From positions 384,001 through 448,000 of the forward strand of contig CAXXVS010000001.1 of the NCBI GenBank assembly GCA_963674755.2: 64,000 nt of DNA. Reading direction: 5' to 3'. Positions 39,671 through 50,811 of the stretch are shown here, piece by piece. A program made the translations under genes and the position numbers. The notes under the pieces were generated by a model, which saw only the letters and a program-made list of their open reading frames with translations, had not been told where the DNA came from and did no database searches. Position 1 is the stretch's first letter, and every line of letters begins with the position of its first letter. Source of the stretch: Desulfobacterales bacterium (GTDB lineage: Bacteria > Desulfobacterota > Desulfobacteria > Desulfobacterales > UBA5852).

Positions 39671-40636
39671 TCAGCGGAAAATGTTGATTTCCCGGATCGC
39701 CCGATCCAGGAGACCACCCACCTCGCGGGCCCACGCGAACGATTGCGCCTTACGGGAAACATTGGTCATTTCATCGAAAGTGGCGGCGCTGATGTTGAGT
39801 TTTTTCCAGCCGTCCTGGCCAAAGGTGATCCGCGCACTTTCCGGATAGATGTCGAACAGGCACAGGGTTTCACCGGACGGGTTCCCGACCGTCTCGTATT
39901 CCAGCCCAACCCCCTTGTTGCGGTAGCGCAGGTGAAGACGTTTGTTCAGCTGCAGGACGTTGACCAATTTGGAATGAAGATAGACCAGGGCGCCGGACAC
40001 CTGCCGCGAATGGTGTCGCAGTTGCGACAGAAAAGTCTCCACCGTCAATTGGCGGGTGCGATCATCGCGGACGTGTTGGGAGGCGTTTTGGACGAATTCA
40101 ATCTGCGCCTCTTCGATGCTCCGGTCCGCCAGTCGATCATCGATGAGGGCATAAAGGGCGCTGCCTATATTAAAGAAGAGCTTTTTGCCCATCATCTGAT
40201 CGAATTCGGACAATATCTTATTGCCGTCCTTACCGGTCAAATCCTCCATTGAAAACCGGATGACGGGTTCCGCCGCGGAGAGATCATGCTGACTGAGAAG
40301 GGTGCAATACAGGGCCATATACTGTCCGGTGGACAGGAAAATCCAGGGGCAATTCAGACGGAAACAGTATTCCAGGTACTGGTTGATATCTTCTTCCAGG
40401 GTGTCGGCCCAAGATTTGACTTCTACGATGACCGAGGGTTTGTCATCTTTGAAAAGAACGATATCGAGCCCCTGGTGGTCGAAATCCATGTCCCGCAGCA
40501 GGTTCCAGCCGATCGTCTGCAGGAGGGGCACGATGATTTTGCTTTTGATGTTTTCTTTGTTGCCTTTGCGGCCGGCGATGATATGGGCTTCGATATCGAT
40601 GGATTTCAGATGGGAACGCAGTCTTTGAAAACTCAT
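39671..40636 (-). CDS. HsdR-N-like PD-(D/E)xK nuclease-domain protein
   Basis: [11 protein letters not shown]...DIVL...IVEVK...QYLEY...LSTG; no helicase domain. Confidence 0.65.
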   Translation of the reverse strand: MSFQRLRSHLKSIDIEAHIIAGRKGNKENIKSKIIVPLLQTIGWNLLRDMDFDHQGLDIVLFKDDKPSVIVEVKSWADTLEEDINQYLEYCFRLNCPWIFLSTGQYMALYCTLLSQHDLSAAEPVIRFSMEDLTGKDGNKILSEFDQMMGKKLFFNIGSALYALIDDRLADRSIEEAQIEFVQNASQHVRDDRTRQLTVETFLSQLRHHSRQVSGALVYLHSKLVNVLQLNKRLHLRYRNKGVGLEYETVGNPSGETLCLFDIYPESARITFGQDGWKKLNISAATFDEMTNVSRKAQSFAWAREVGGLLDRAIREINIFR

Positions 40637-41090
40637 GGTTTCCGATCCCCCGGGAGGTGGGTGGCGGTGCCTTGACAGACGCCGCCGCGACCTGGGCCGG
40701 CTCACAGGTGTCTGGCGTCCGGCCAATGCCATCCGTTACGCTGAATGGGTGAAGGTTTTTTTGCCCCATGTGCTGTTTATCGGTGGCCGGAAGAGCCCCC
40801 TTTCCTCCGGTCATCCAGCGGGCAGGTTCAATCTATCTCGCTATGATAAATCGATTTTTGTTTTCATAGCACATAACCCTCAGGGTGAAAAGAGACGGCC
40901 GGAAGCGTAGATGGGAGACCGCCCGATCGGGCAGGGGGAGAAAGTGCGCCGTGGGATGGAACCGGAATCCCCGATCGAACAGGGCCTCCGTCGATAGAGC
41001 TTTTTTAAACGGCGCCGAATGGGCGGGGGACACCGTCTTGGGGCATTGCCGGTGTCGCCCGCCTGGTTGCGCCTATGACCCTGCTGAAGA

Positions 41091-41564
41091 TCAGGCGGCT
41101 TGTTCGGTTTGGATAATAGCCTCGCTGGTCATTACGCGGTCGATATCGAGCAGGATTTTGACCCGGCCATCCATATTGGCCATACCGAGGATGTAATCGG
41201 TTTCCACTTTGGTGGCGAAGCCGGGGGCTTCCGCGATATCCTCGGTCTTGATGTTCATCACTTCGGATACGGCATCCACAACGATTCCGACCTGGATGGT
41301 GGTCGCCTCGCCATGGATTTCGACCACGATAATGCAGGTGCGGTCAGTATAGTCGGCGGCCGCCATTTCGAATCGCAGCCGCAGGTCGGATACCGGGATA
41401 ACCTTACCTCGCAGGTTGATCACGCCTTTGACGTATTCAGGGGTATGGGGCACGGAGGTGATCGGCAGCATGCCGATGATTTCCTTCACTTTAAGCAAGG
41501 CAATGCCGTATTCCTCATTGGCCAGTGTAAAGGTGAGATATTTTCCTGCCAGTGAATCGTTCAT
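41091..41564 (-). CDS. cheW: Chemotaxis coupling protein CheW
   Basis: YLTFTL..EEYG, GVINLRGKVIPV, GIVVDAVSEV. Confidence 0.95.
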   Translation of the reverse strand: MNDSLAGKYLTFTLANEEYGIALLKVKEIIGMLPITSVPHTPEYVKGVINLRGKVIPVSDLRLRFEMAAADYTDRTCIIVVEIHGEATTIQVGIVVDAVSEVMNIKTEDIAEAPGFATKVETDYILGMANMDGRVKILLDIDRVMTSEAIIQTEQAA

Positions 41565-41686
41565 CTGCTGTTCCTTCCATCCATGGATGGTTTCAGGGGA
41601 GATCGGTTTAGACCGGCTCTCCCCTGACCGTGTTGTTGATTAATTGGTGGCGGTCCATAAATGGTAGATTTTGGTTCCCAGCCGCA

Positions 41687-43279
41687 TTAGAAGTCCTGGA
41701 AGGCACCCCCGTCATTGTCATCAAAAGGGATGATTTTTTCAGGCGACGCGCCCTTGGCCGCCGCAGCCAAAGCAACGGCCTTGGGCCTGGCGCCGGCCCT
41801 TTTGGGCACCGCTGTTTTCCTTTGACGGTGAGGGGGGGCCGAGCTTGAACCCGCGCCTTCGACAAGTTCCACCAAGCCCTGGACCATATGTTTCATCTCT
41901 TCGGCCTGCGCATTGAGCTCCTGGGAGGCCGACGCGGATTCTTCGGCACTGGCGGCATTTTGCTGGACGACCTTGTCCATTTCCGTGACGGCGTTGTTGA
42001 TTTGCTCGACGCCCTGGGCCTGTTCGGTCGAGGCCGCTGCGATTTCACCGACGATATCGCCTACCTTGGCGGCCGAGGTGGCCACTTCCGAAAAAGCCCC
42101 GTTCGCCTTGTCCACCAGTTCGGAACCATCCCGCACCCGTTTGGCGGTATCTTCAATCAGCTCGGAAGTGTTTTTGGCGGCTTCGGCGGCGCGAATGGCC
42201 AAGTTGCGGACCTCATCCGCAACAACGGCAAAACCGGCCCCGGCCTCACCGGCCCGGGCCGCTTCCACGGCGGCGTTCAGGGCCAGCAGGTTGGTCTGGA
42301 AGGCGATCTCGTCAATCGTTTTGACAATTTTTTGTGTTTCTTCGCTGGCCTTGGTAATTTGCCCCATGGATTCCGTCAAATCCGTCATTTCACTCGTGGC
42401 CTGTTCGACCACCTGGTTGGCGTCTTTCATCAGTTGATTGGCCTGACCGGCATTGTCCGCATTTTGCTGGGTCATGGAGGCCATTTCCTCCAGAGAAGCG
42501 GACGTCTCCTCGATGGCGGCGGCCTGCTCGGAAGCCCCTTCGGCCAGGGACTGGCTTGATGACGATACCTGATTGGCGGCCGAGGCAATGCCGTCGGAGC
42601 CGGTGTTCATGGTTTCGATCAGCCTGTTGATGGGCTGGGCGATCGAGCGGGCCATAAGCCAGGCCAGTCCAATGCCGGCGATGGCAATGAGGGCGATGGT
42701 AATAAATATCGGGGTGAATACGCTGGAAATTTCTTTTTCCACGTCGTCGACATAAATGCCGGAGCCGATAACCCATTGCCACTGGGGAAACAGTTTGACA
42801 TAGGAAATCTTCGGCTGCGGCTTGTCGACACCCGGTTTGGGCCACATGTAGTCAACGAATCCCCCACCGTCTTTGCGGCACACATTGACCATTTCCACGA
42901 ACAGCTGTTTGCCGTTCGGATCTTTGGACCCTGAAAGGTCCTGGCCGTTCAGTGCGGGCTTCATGGGGTGCATGACCATGCGGGGGCCCATATCGTTGAT
43001 CCAGAAGTAGTCATTGCCTTCATAGCGCATGGCCTCCACGGCTTTGATCGCCTGATCCTGGGCTTGCGCGGGGGTCATGAGACCTTTCGCCGACTGATCG
43101 GCGTAATAGGCCACCACGCTGTAGGCGGCCTCCACGAGGTGCCGGGTTTTGACATATTTGGCGTCGTACATGTTGTCTCTGATTTTGGGATACAGCCAAC
43201 CGAAAATGGCGCTGAACGCGACCACTAGGGTAACCCCTAAAATCAGAATCCTGGTCGATAGTTTGAATTTGTTTAACAT
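41687..43279 (-). CDS. Methyl-accepting chemotaxis protein with a periplasmic Cache domain
   Basis: YFWIND...HP Cache motif; [34 protein letters not shown]. Confidence 0.95.
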   Translation of the reverse strand: MLNKFKLSTRILILGVTLVVAFSAIFGWLYPKIRDNMYDAKYVKTRHLVEAAYSVVAYYADQSAKGLMTPAQAQDQAIKAVEAMRYEGNDYFWINDMGPRMVMHPMKPALNGQDLSGSKDPNGKQLFVEMVNVCRKDGGGFVDYMWPKPGVDKPQPKISYVKLFPQWQWVIGSGIYVDDVEKEISSVFTPIFITIALIAIAGIGLAWLMARSIAQPINRLIETMNTGSDGIASAANQVSSSSQSLAEGASEQAAAIEETSASLEEMASMTQQNADNAGQANQLMKDANQVVEQATSEMTDLTESMGQITKASEETQKIVKTIDEIAFQTNLLALNAAVEAARAGEAGAGFAVVADEVRNLAIRAAEAAKNTSELIEDTAKRVRDGSELVDKANGAFSEVATSAAKVGDIVGEIAAASTEQAQGVEQINNAVTEMDKVVQQNAASAEESASASQELNAQAEEMKHMVQGLVELVEGAGSSSAPPHRQRKTAVPKRAGARPKAVALAAAAKGASPEKIIPFDDNDGGAFQDF

Positions 43280-43391
43280 TTGGTAGCCTCCCCGCTAAAT
43301 GGAAGGTCCTCTTGATGGACCTATTCGAATCCTGCCCTGCCGCCCTGAACAGCTGCCGGCTTCCAGGGATGCGGCCTGGGTCTTAGGAGAT

Positions 43392-43419
43392 GTATCGGGT
43401 TGATTTAAGTAGAACTTTA
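43392..43419 (-). promoter_or_regulatory. Putative sigma28 (FliA) promoter of MCP-cheW
   Basis: TAAAGTTC-N12-CCCGATAC versus consensus TAAAGTTT-N11-GCCGATAA. Confidence 0.5.
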
Positions 43420-43734
43420 ACATTTTCGAGCGTATGGTCAGGATCGATGCGCGCCATTCGTTTTGGGAGATCCTGCCGATCTTGACCTCGGTCAATCGCT
43501 AAAGATGGCATGCGGGAAGGATGCTGTTTCAAGATCTGTCTCCGTCTATTGACCCTTTGATTAGATTATGTCATATAGTTTCAGTGGATTACGATGGCCT
43601 TAGCTGCTTCAAGGCATTTTCGAACGAATCCGTCGCTAAACCTGCCGGCGAGAAATACCGATACCCTTGCAACGACGGAGGGCTTGTTTACGCCTCATTG
43701 ACCACGTGCATCAAGATCATGCGGGAAGGGACAT

Positions 43735-44862
43735 ATGGATAAGGTTTTGATTGTCGACAGTAATGCCGATTTTCTCAAGTCGCTCAAAGAAGGTCTCGAC
43801 AAGATGCACCAGTTTGAGGTGCTGGTTGCCAGCGACGGCGAAGAGGCTATCCGGATTCTTTCCAATGACAAAGTGGCGGTGCTTGTCACGGACATTAACA
43901 TGCCCAGGTTCGATGGCCTGGAGCTTTTGGCTTTCATGACCCAGGAGCATCCCAATACGCCCTGCGTCGTGATGACCGATTACGGCAAGCCCTGGTTTCG
44001 CAAACGGATGGACCAGCAGGAGGTGCTTTACCATCTTGAAAAGCCCTTTGAAATCGGTGCATTGGCTTCCGCTATTTTTGTGGGGCTCAACTTGCGGGAT
44101 GAAGGCATGAATTACAAGGGCATGACCATGGCCAGCATTCTGCCGTTGATTGAAATCGAGCAGAAAACTTGCCGCATGGAAGTCAAATCGGCCGGCAAGG
44201 GCAAGGGCTATCTCTATTTTGACGAAGGGGTTCTGATCGATGCCCATTTGAAAGGCAAGACAGGGGAGAAGGCCGCCCTGGCCATATCCGAATGGGATCG
44301 CATTACGATAAAATTTTCCGATCTACCACGCCGTCGCACGCGCACCCGCGTCAAAACCCACTTGATGGACATGGCCGGTGCTACCTGGATGCGCGAAGAG
44401 ACCGAAGCCCTGGGCGAGGAAGAATCGACCGGCGAGGGCATGGTTCTGGAAACATCGACGAGCCAGACGCTGCTGGACGAGGAGACCAGCCGCAGCATAC
44501 TTTTGCACTCGGTCGAAGACTTCAAATCCATCAAGGGCTACCAGGCGGTAGCAATTCTGGATGCCGATGGGGACATTCTGGCCGCTGATATCCTGGACGG
44601 CCAGGTTGAACTGGAGAGGCTGGCCATCGGCATCAGCAGCATTTTCTCCGTCAGCGAGGAGACGACGCGGCAGATTGGTTTCGATCGCTGCCAAGCGCTT
44701 ACACTGCATACCCGCAATGGCGTTATTCTTCTCGTAACGTCGGATCTTGAGATGGCGGCCGGACTTCGACTGATGGGCGTTACAAAACCTGACGGGAATT
44801 GGTTTTACATGAAAGTTCAGCTGGAGAATTTATTCCCGAAACTTGTTGCCGGGTTGTCCTAG
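43735..44862 (+). CDS. Response regulator: REC + DUF4388-like + C-terminal roadblock-like domain
   Basis: LVTDINMP...KPF receiver; ILPLIEIEQKTC...GYLYFDEGVLIDA; C-terminal 'IKGYQAVAILDADG'. Confidence 0.75.
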   Translation: MDKVLIVDSNADFLKSLKEGLDKMHQFEVLVASDGEEAIRILSNDKVAVLVTDINMPRFDGLELLAFMTQEHPNTPCVVMTDYGKPWFRKRMDQQEVLYHLEKPFEIGALASAIFVGLNLRDEGMNYKGMTMASILPLIEIEQKTCRMEVKSAGKGKGYLYFDEGVLIDAHLKGKTGEKAALAISEWDRITIKFSDLPRRRTRTRVKTHLMDMAGATWMREETEALGEEESTGEGMVLETSTSQTLLDEETSRSILLHSVEDFKSIKGYQAVAILDADGDILAADILDGQVELERLAIGISSIFSVSEETTRQIGFDRCQALTLHTRNGVILLVTSDLEMAAGLRLMGVTKPDGNWFYMKVQLENLFPKLVAGLS

Positions 44863-44937
44863 ATCGCCTTGCTCCGCAAGACTTCCCGCCACCTATCCCA
44901 TGTTTTTTTTCACCCTAGAATTGAAGGAGAAAAAGCC

Positions 44938-45501
44938 ATGCGCATTGCATATGCTCTTTGTGCATTGTTGGCCCTGATTTTCATAGCGGGAACGGTTGCC
45001 GCGCAGGATCTGGAGAAAGCATTTTTAGGGCTCCCCTGGGGAGCGGATATCCGCAACCAGAAAGGCTATGAACTGCTGTATGAAAAAGAGGACCTGCGCT
45101 ATTACATCCAGCCGGGAATCCACCGAGTCGTCGATGGATTTAACATTGCGCGGGTGATTTACGGAACCCAGGACTATCGCTTCTACGCCGCTTTCCTGTT
45201 GATCGAGTCCATGGAAACCTTCGATGGTATCAAAGCCTATATGGGAAAACGTTACGGATTTCCCAAAACGACCTGGTCGGTGGCCAATGAGCAAACCACC
45301 TATACGTGGATTTACAAGCCTATTCGCATGAAGCTCAAATTCTACCAGAAGGATGGGCGGATGAAACTGGCCTTTTACTACACGCCCATTGCCGACCAGG
45401 TGAACGAAAAGGCGGCCGAAGCCTCTCAGCAGAAATCGATCGAATTCCTACCGATTGAGCGGGACAAAAATCCGATGAATATGCCGCTGCTTGAATTTTA
45501 G
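44938..45501 (+). CDS. Exported hypothetical protein
   Basis: GAAGGAG RBS, signal peptide, FLGLPWG motif. Confidence 0.7.
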   Translation: MRIAYALCALLALIFIAGTVAAQDLEKAFLGLPWGADIRNQKGYELLYEKEDLRYYIQPGIHRVVDGFNIARVIYGTQDYRFYAAFLLIESMETFDGIKAYMGKRYGFPKTTWSVANEQTTYTWIYKPIRMKLKFYQKDGRMKLAFYYTPIADQVNEKAAEASQQKSIEFLPIERDKNPMNMPLLEF

Positions 45502-46014
45502 CCTGAAGGTGCGCCCGGTGGCCATGAAGCGCTGGCAATGGTGGCTATCCTAGCAGGACCGCCGGGCTTTGAGTCGGAATCTTTTGGCATGAGGAGGTGT
45601 GCCATGACGAGAAACGATCATAACCACCCAAGGGATCCCTGGCTGGGTGTTTTTTGTCCGGAAGACCGCTGCCACGCTAAGCCGCCCACCCATATGGTCT
45701 GATGTTTCGCACGGGTCGGGCCATGCCCCCTGATTGGAACCTGCAAGCCGGCGGTAGATCCGCCGGCTTTTTTGTGGACCCTCCGGGTTTCTTCCATCGC
45801 CATGAATAAAATTTGACAAAATCCGAGCAACCCGTTATGGTCTTTATGTGTTAGGTCTCATTATTTCGATAGCCGACCGGGTTTTCTTCTGCACGCCATA
45901 TGGCACTTCTAAAATTGACCAGGTTGTTCCGCTGACATCCTACAGGAGGGTCGGTCGGCTATCGTTCCCTCCCGATTTTATTTATTTCCTTGTGAGGTCA
46001 TAGGGGAGGATCGC

Positions 46015-47982
46015 ATGGGCCATGCCAGCATGGGTAAGATCATGTGGGTCGATCTTAGCCAGGGCAGCATCCGGATTGAGCAGATCCCCGACCATATCTA
46101 TGAGACGGTTTTATCCGGTGTCGGTCTTGCGGTTCAGTTGCTCTACGAGCGCATTCCTGCCGGAGCCGACCCGCTGGGCCCGGACAATGTGCTCGGTTTC
46201 GTATCCGGTTTGCTGACGGGAACAGGGAGCCTGTTTACCGGTCGCTGGATGGTGACCGGGAAATCACCCCTGACCGGAGGATGGGGCGACGCCAACTGCG
46301 GCGGGAATTTTTCGCCTGCGATCAAGCGCTGCGGGGTCGACGGCATTTTTTTTACGGGCATCAGCCCGCGGCCGGTCTATTTCTGGGCTGATAAAGGCCG
46401 CGCCGAACTACGGGACGCCGCGGCGTTGTGGGGCTGCGACACTTACGAGACCGAAGCGCGTCTACGGCAGCAAAACGGCGGACGACGCCTTCGCGTGGCC
46501 TGCATCGGTCCGGCAGGTGAACACCAGTCCCTCATTGCGGGCGTTGCCAATGATGGGGGACGTATGGCCGCCCGGTCAGGCCTGGGGGCGGTAATGGGGG
46601 CCAAGCATCTCAAGGCGGTTGCTTTGGGAGGCGGTCAGCGTATACCGGTCTACGACCGGAAGTCCGTCAAGGCCTTGAGTGCCAGGTGTAACGAGACGGT
46701 TCAGTTCCATCCCCCATTTTTAAACGGCATATTGATGGCCTATACCGGCAGTCTCATGCGCCTCCTGCCCATGCAGATGGCCTTCGACGGCATGTTGTAC
46801 AAACTTATGCTGGACAAATACGGCACGGCCAGCCTCAACCAGCTCCTGGTGGAGGTGGGGGATACGCCTGTTAAAAACTGGCGTGGCAGCAATGAAGATT
46901 TTCCGCGGGAGCTTTCCGCCCATTTGAGTCCCGAAGTGTTTACGGACACGATGGTGGTCAAATATCATTGTTACAGCTGCCCCCTGGGGTGCGGCGGGCT
47001 GATGGCCCAGAACAGCCCCTGGCCCGGTGCGCACAAACCCGAGTACGAATCCGTCATGGCGCTGGGCGGCTTGCTGTTGAACGATGACGCCGAGAGCATT
47101 TACAAGCTTAACGATATGCTCAACCGGGCGGGCATGGATACGATCTCGGCCGGTGGCACGGTGGCGTTTGCCATGGAGTGTTTTGAAAAAGGCCTTCTCA
47201 CCCGGGAAGATACCGACGGTCTGGATCTCTCCTGGGGCAACAGCGACGCTGTCATTGCCCTGGTGGAGAAGATGATCCGGCGTGAAGGCATCGGTGACTT
47301 ACTGGCGGACGGGTCCCGGGCGGCGGCCCGCAAAATCGGCCCACCGTCCGATCGACTGGCCATGCATGCCGGCGGGCAGGAGTTGGGCATGCACGATGGG
47401 CGTTACGACCCTGGGTTTGCGCTGCATTACAGCGCCGAACCGACCCCGGGCCGGCATACCATCGGTTCCCAGATGTATTATGAAATGTTTCGGCTGTGGG
47501 AACGAATTCCCGATTTGCCGGATGTGGACCTGATCTACCGCAAGGCCAGCAAATACGACGTCCAGGAAGAAAAGATCGCGGCCGCGGCCGCCTGCAGCCG
47601 TTTCATGAATGTCCTCAACGGCAGCGGCACCTGCCTTTTTGGCGCTTTTTTGGGTGTAGAACGGCTGCCGTTGTTCGAATGGCTCAATGCCGCCACAGGA
47701 TGGCGTCGTTCTCCCCAAGCGTATCTGCACATCGGTGAACGTATTCAGAATCTGAAACAGGCCTTCAATATACGACACGGCATTGAACCTAAATCGTTCA
47801 AGGCCAACCCGCGCACTCTGGGGAAACCGCCCCAGGAGAACGGTGCCAATGCAGGGCGAAGTGTCGCGATCGAAGCGCTGATGCGTGCCTACTGGAAGCA
47901 CTTCGGATGGGACGAGGAGAGCGGCAAACCCGGTACGGCCCATCTCAAACGATGGGGCATTACCCCTTATGGCAGCAGATGA
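46015..47982 (+). CDS. Aldehyde:ferredoxin oxidoreductase family (W/Mo)
   Basis: KSPLTG, IGPAGE, AARSGLGAVMG.K.LKA, C..CPLGC, PEYE, GMDTIS. Confidence 0.92.
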   Translation: MGHASMGKIMWVDLSQGSIRIEQIPDHIYETVLSGVGLAVQLLYERIPAGADPLGPDNVLGFVSGLLTGTGSLFTGRWMVTGKSPLTGGWGDANCGGNFSPAIKRCGVDGIFFTGISPRPVYFWADKGRAELRDAAALWGCDTYETEARLRQQNGGRRLRVACIGPAGEHQSLIAGVANDGGRMAARSGLGAVMGAKHLKAVALGGGQRIPVYDRKSVKALSARCNETVQFHPPFLNGILMAYTGSLMRLLPMQMAFDGMLYKLMLDKYGTASLNQLLVEVGDTPVKNWRGSNEDFPRELSAHLSPEVFTDTMVVKYHCYSCPLGCGGLMAQNSPWPGAHKPEYESVMALGGLLLNDDAESIYKLNDMLNRAGMDTISAGGTVAFAMECFEKGLLTREDTDGLDLSWGNSDAVIALVEKMIRREGIGDLLADGSRAAARKIGPPSDRLAMHAGGQELGMHDGRYDPGFALHYSAEPTPGRHTIGSQMYYEMFRLWERIPDLPDVDLIYRKASKYDVQEEKIAAAAACSRFMNVLNGSGTCLFGAFLGVERLPLFEWLNAATGWRRSPQAYLHIGERIQNLKQAFNIRHGIEPKSFKANPRTLGKPPQENGANAGRSVAIEALMRAYWKHFGWDEESGKPGTAHLKRWGITPYGSR

Positions 47983-47989
47983 GGCGTCG

Positions 47990-48469
47990 ATGAGCTACCG
48001 GATTACAGATCGATGCGTCGGCTGCGGCATGTGCCGCAAGATCTGTCCGGTAGATTGCATCGCCGGGGAACCCCGCAAGCGGCACAAAGTGGCATCCGAC
48101 CGTTGTATCGACTGCGGGGCCTGCGGCCGGATTTGCCCCCACAATGCCGTCCAGGACCCTTTGGGGCGACCCTGTGAACGCATTCGTCGCCGGGCCCTGT
48201 ATTGGGGAAAGCCTCTCTTTGACTATTCCCTGTGTATGTCCTGCCGGGTATGCATCGATGCCTGTCCGGCCGCCTGTTTGGCGGTTACCTATACGGAAGA
48301 CACCCAAAACAAGAAAGCCTATCCGTATTTATCGGCCCCCGCAGATTGTGTCGCCTGCCGGTTTTGCATGCTGGAATGCCCGGTGGAGGCGGTCTTCATG
48401 AAAGCCGAGGGCGACATGAGTGATGATGAGAAAAAATCGCTGGACGGGCCATTTACATCCGGTGTATGA
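47990..48469 (+). CDS. Polyferredoxin (4x[4Fe-4S])
   Basis: Four CxxCxxCxxxCP motifs. Confidence 0.9.
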   Translation: MSYRITDRCVGCGMCRKICPVDCIAGEPRKRHKVASDRCIDCGACGRICPHNAVQDPLGRPCERIRRRALYWGKPLFDYSLCMSCRVCIDACPAACLAVTYTEDTQNKKAYPYLSAPADCVACRFCMLECPVEAVFMKAEGDMSDDEKKSLDGPFTSGV

Positions 48470-48714
48470 CGGCCCTTAGTGCAGGGGCGCAGGGCTCCAC
48501 GGCATATTTGGAGGCAGATTCGCTGACGCTGGGCAACTGGTTTCCCCGGCCGGTGTTCATTGGAGGACACCACGGGCCCCAACCGCAAAAGCCGGGTCAA
48601 TCAGGGCAAGAACACGCGGAGAGGTGTGACCGGTGGACGGCTCGCAGATGCCGGGGCGTCCTGTGCCCCTTTTTACCAGGGAGGTTTCATCGAAGAGGGA
48701 GCCCCCACTCTATT

Positions 48715-49212
48715 TTAATACGCCGGGATGGCCAGGTTGCGATTGTTCAATTCCGCTTCTATGGGTTGCCCCTCGACGACATCCACGGCGACCTGCCAGG
48801 CGCACTTGAATCCAGCAATCATGGTGGGAAAGGTTACGACGACGCAATAGCGGCCGGGTGTTATATCGTGGAAAGCAAAGGTCCCGTCTGGTCGGGTCAG
48901 CTTGGTGTCCACGATATAGTCGGGCGCTTCTTGGGCTTGCCGGAAGTTCACGTAGAAATCCATATGACCGGAATTGATCCGTGACCGCCGTTCGATGGGG
49001 ACGTCAATGGAGGTGAGGTCTACCGCCGGAACATCGATCGGTTTTGTCGTCAGATACACCCGCACCCAGTCAGCATAGTAGATCTCACCGCTTGGGTTGG
49101 CCAGACTGATTCGCCCCTCAATGTCGGCCGCCTGCGCCTGACCGGCGCCGATGCTTGCCAGCAGCATCATAGAAATGCCCATAAAAACGATCATCCGGAG
49201 TTTTAGCCGCAT
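48715..49212 (-). CDS. Exported protein with a carboxypeptidase-regulatory-like beta-sandwich
   Basis: Signal peptide; T.PDGTFAFHDITPGRY. Confidence 0.65.
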   Translation of the reverse strand: MRLKLRMIVFMGISMMLLASIGAGQAQAADIEGRISLANPSGEIYYADWVRVYLTTKPIDVPAVDLTSIDVPIERRSRINSGHMDFYVNFRQAQEAPDYIVDTKLTRPDGTFAFHDITPGRYCVVVTFPTMIAGFKCAWQVAVDVVEGQPIEAELNNRNLAIPAY

Positions 49213-49607
49213 CGTGGCCTCCTTGATGGATTGGTGTACGGCGCCTAGGTCCAGCCAAGGTTAGTCAAGTCAATCTCGTGTGTCAAAACCAAACCCGGTC
49301 TTTGCACCCTACGGCGGCGACATGACTCGCGGGCGGCATGTTTCAGGATTTGGATCGCGAATGAACGGGGGGGCGGTGCCCCGCGACATCCACCTTATCC
49401 ATTTGAAGGAATTGCTTTTAATATCGACGTGATAGGGTTTGCATTTGATTTCCTTATAGTATATATCCGTAAAATGGCGTTTTAGTGCAACGCTCTCTTC
49501 GTAGTCCCAGGACGCAATCCCGATCCTCTGATATTTAGATCTTCTGGCTTGCATTCCAAAGTTCTTGTTGGTCAATGAGAGTCAATCAGCTCCCACAGGA
49601 GTGCCTC

Positions 49608-50057
49608 ATGAAATGTATCGCGCTGGCCGGACTGGTGACATCGGTTTTCCTGCTGCTTTTTGCATCTAAGGCTTCGGCGGCAGAGTTTGCCGGTTTTGTC
49701 AAGTCGTTGGGAGGACAGGCCACCGTTTTACGGGACGGTGAGGCTAAGGAGGCCGCTGTGGGGATGGAGATCAAGGCGGGGGACATTGTCAAAACGGGTG
49801 TGGATGGATCGGTGGGATTGATTTTTTCAGACGATACAATCATCACCATGGGATCCCGAACGGAATTTGTGGTCGAAGACTATTTATTCGAGCCGCTAGA
49901 GGGCCGCTTGGCGTTTGTTGCCAAAATTTTGCGGGGAACGATTTCCTACTTGTCCGGACAGATCGAAAAGTTGTCGCCGGGCGCCGTCCAACTCAAGACG
50001 CCGGCGGCCACCATCGGGGTCCGGGGGACGCATGTTTTGCTTAAAGTCGAGCCCTGA
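49608..50057 (+). CDS. FecR-domain periplasmic protein
   Basis: GD.VKTG.DGSV...FSD.T; TPAATIGVRGT. Confidence 0.85.
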   Translation: MKCIALAGLVTSVFLLLFASKASAAEFAGFVKSLGGQATVLRDGEAKEAAVGMEIKAGDIVKTGVDGSVGLIFSDDTIITMGSRTEFVVEDYLFEPLEGRLAFVAKILRGTISYLSGQIEKLSPGAVQLKTPAATIGVRGTHVLLKVEP

Positions 50058-50109
50058 TATCCCCAAAAAGCATATGGGATTTCAAACGATCATATAGGAG
50101 AGATGATCT

Positions 50110-50718
50110 GTGGCCAAATTTCACCTAAGACAAGGTTTCCTTGCGGTGTTGGCCGTCGGGCTGATGGCCGCCGGTTGTCAGAAGAACATTGTTGTATTGC
50201 TGCCCAACCCGGACGGCACGGTGGGACATGTCACTGTGGCGAATGCCGCCGGATCAGTGGAGATGGATGCTGCCAATACAGCCACCACTATTCGAGACAG
50301 CGAGACGATCCCCAGTACGCCGGCGATGATGGAGCAAAAGGATATCGAGAATCTCTTTGGGGATGTGTTGGAAAGACAACCCCCGCAGCCGGTGCATTTC
50401 ATCCTTTATTTCGAAAAGAATTCCACCAGGCTGCGCCCGGCTTCTTTGACGACCCTGGATGATATTGTCGCTGCTATAAGGGAGCGCGGCTCAAAACATA
50501 TCAGTGTCGTCGGCCACAGTGATACCCTCGGTGACAAGCCCTATAACCTGGATTTATCCCGACGCCGTGCCGTAGCCGTAAAAAAGCTGCTGGTAGGAAA
50601 AGACGTTCAGGCCGAATCAATTCAAACAACTTCGCATGGCGAGGAAAATCCCCTTGTAAAAACGGCTGATAATGTGGGGAATGCCCAAAACCGCCGTGTC
50701 GAAGTAGTTGTTCGCTGA
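50110..50718 (+). CDS. OmpA-family lipoprotein
   Basis: Lipobox AAGC; VGHSD...YNLDLSRRRA; NRRVEV. Confidence 0.9.
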   Translation: MAKFHLRQGFLAVLAVGLMAAGCQKNIVVLLPNPDGTVGHVTVANAAGSVEMDAANTATTIRDSETIPSTPAMMEQKDIENLFGDVLERQPPQPVHFILYFEKNSTRLRPASLTTLDDIVAAIRERGSKHISVVGHSDTLGDKPYNLDLSRRRAVAVKKLLVGKDVQAESIQTTSHGEENPLVKTADNVGNAQNRRVEVVVR

Positions 50719-50811
50719 CCCCCCAATTTTCACTTAGGAGGGGGCCCTATAAACCTAATGGCCAAAAGCCCTTAGAACACGGTAGAGCGGCACTGGCACC
50801 CTTAGACGTTT

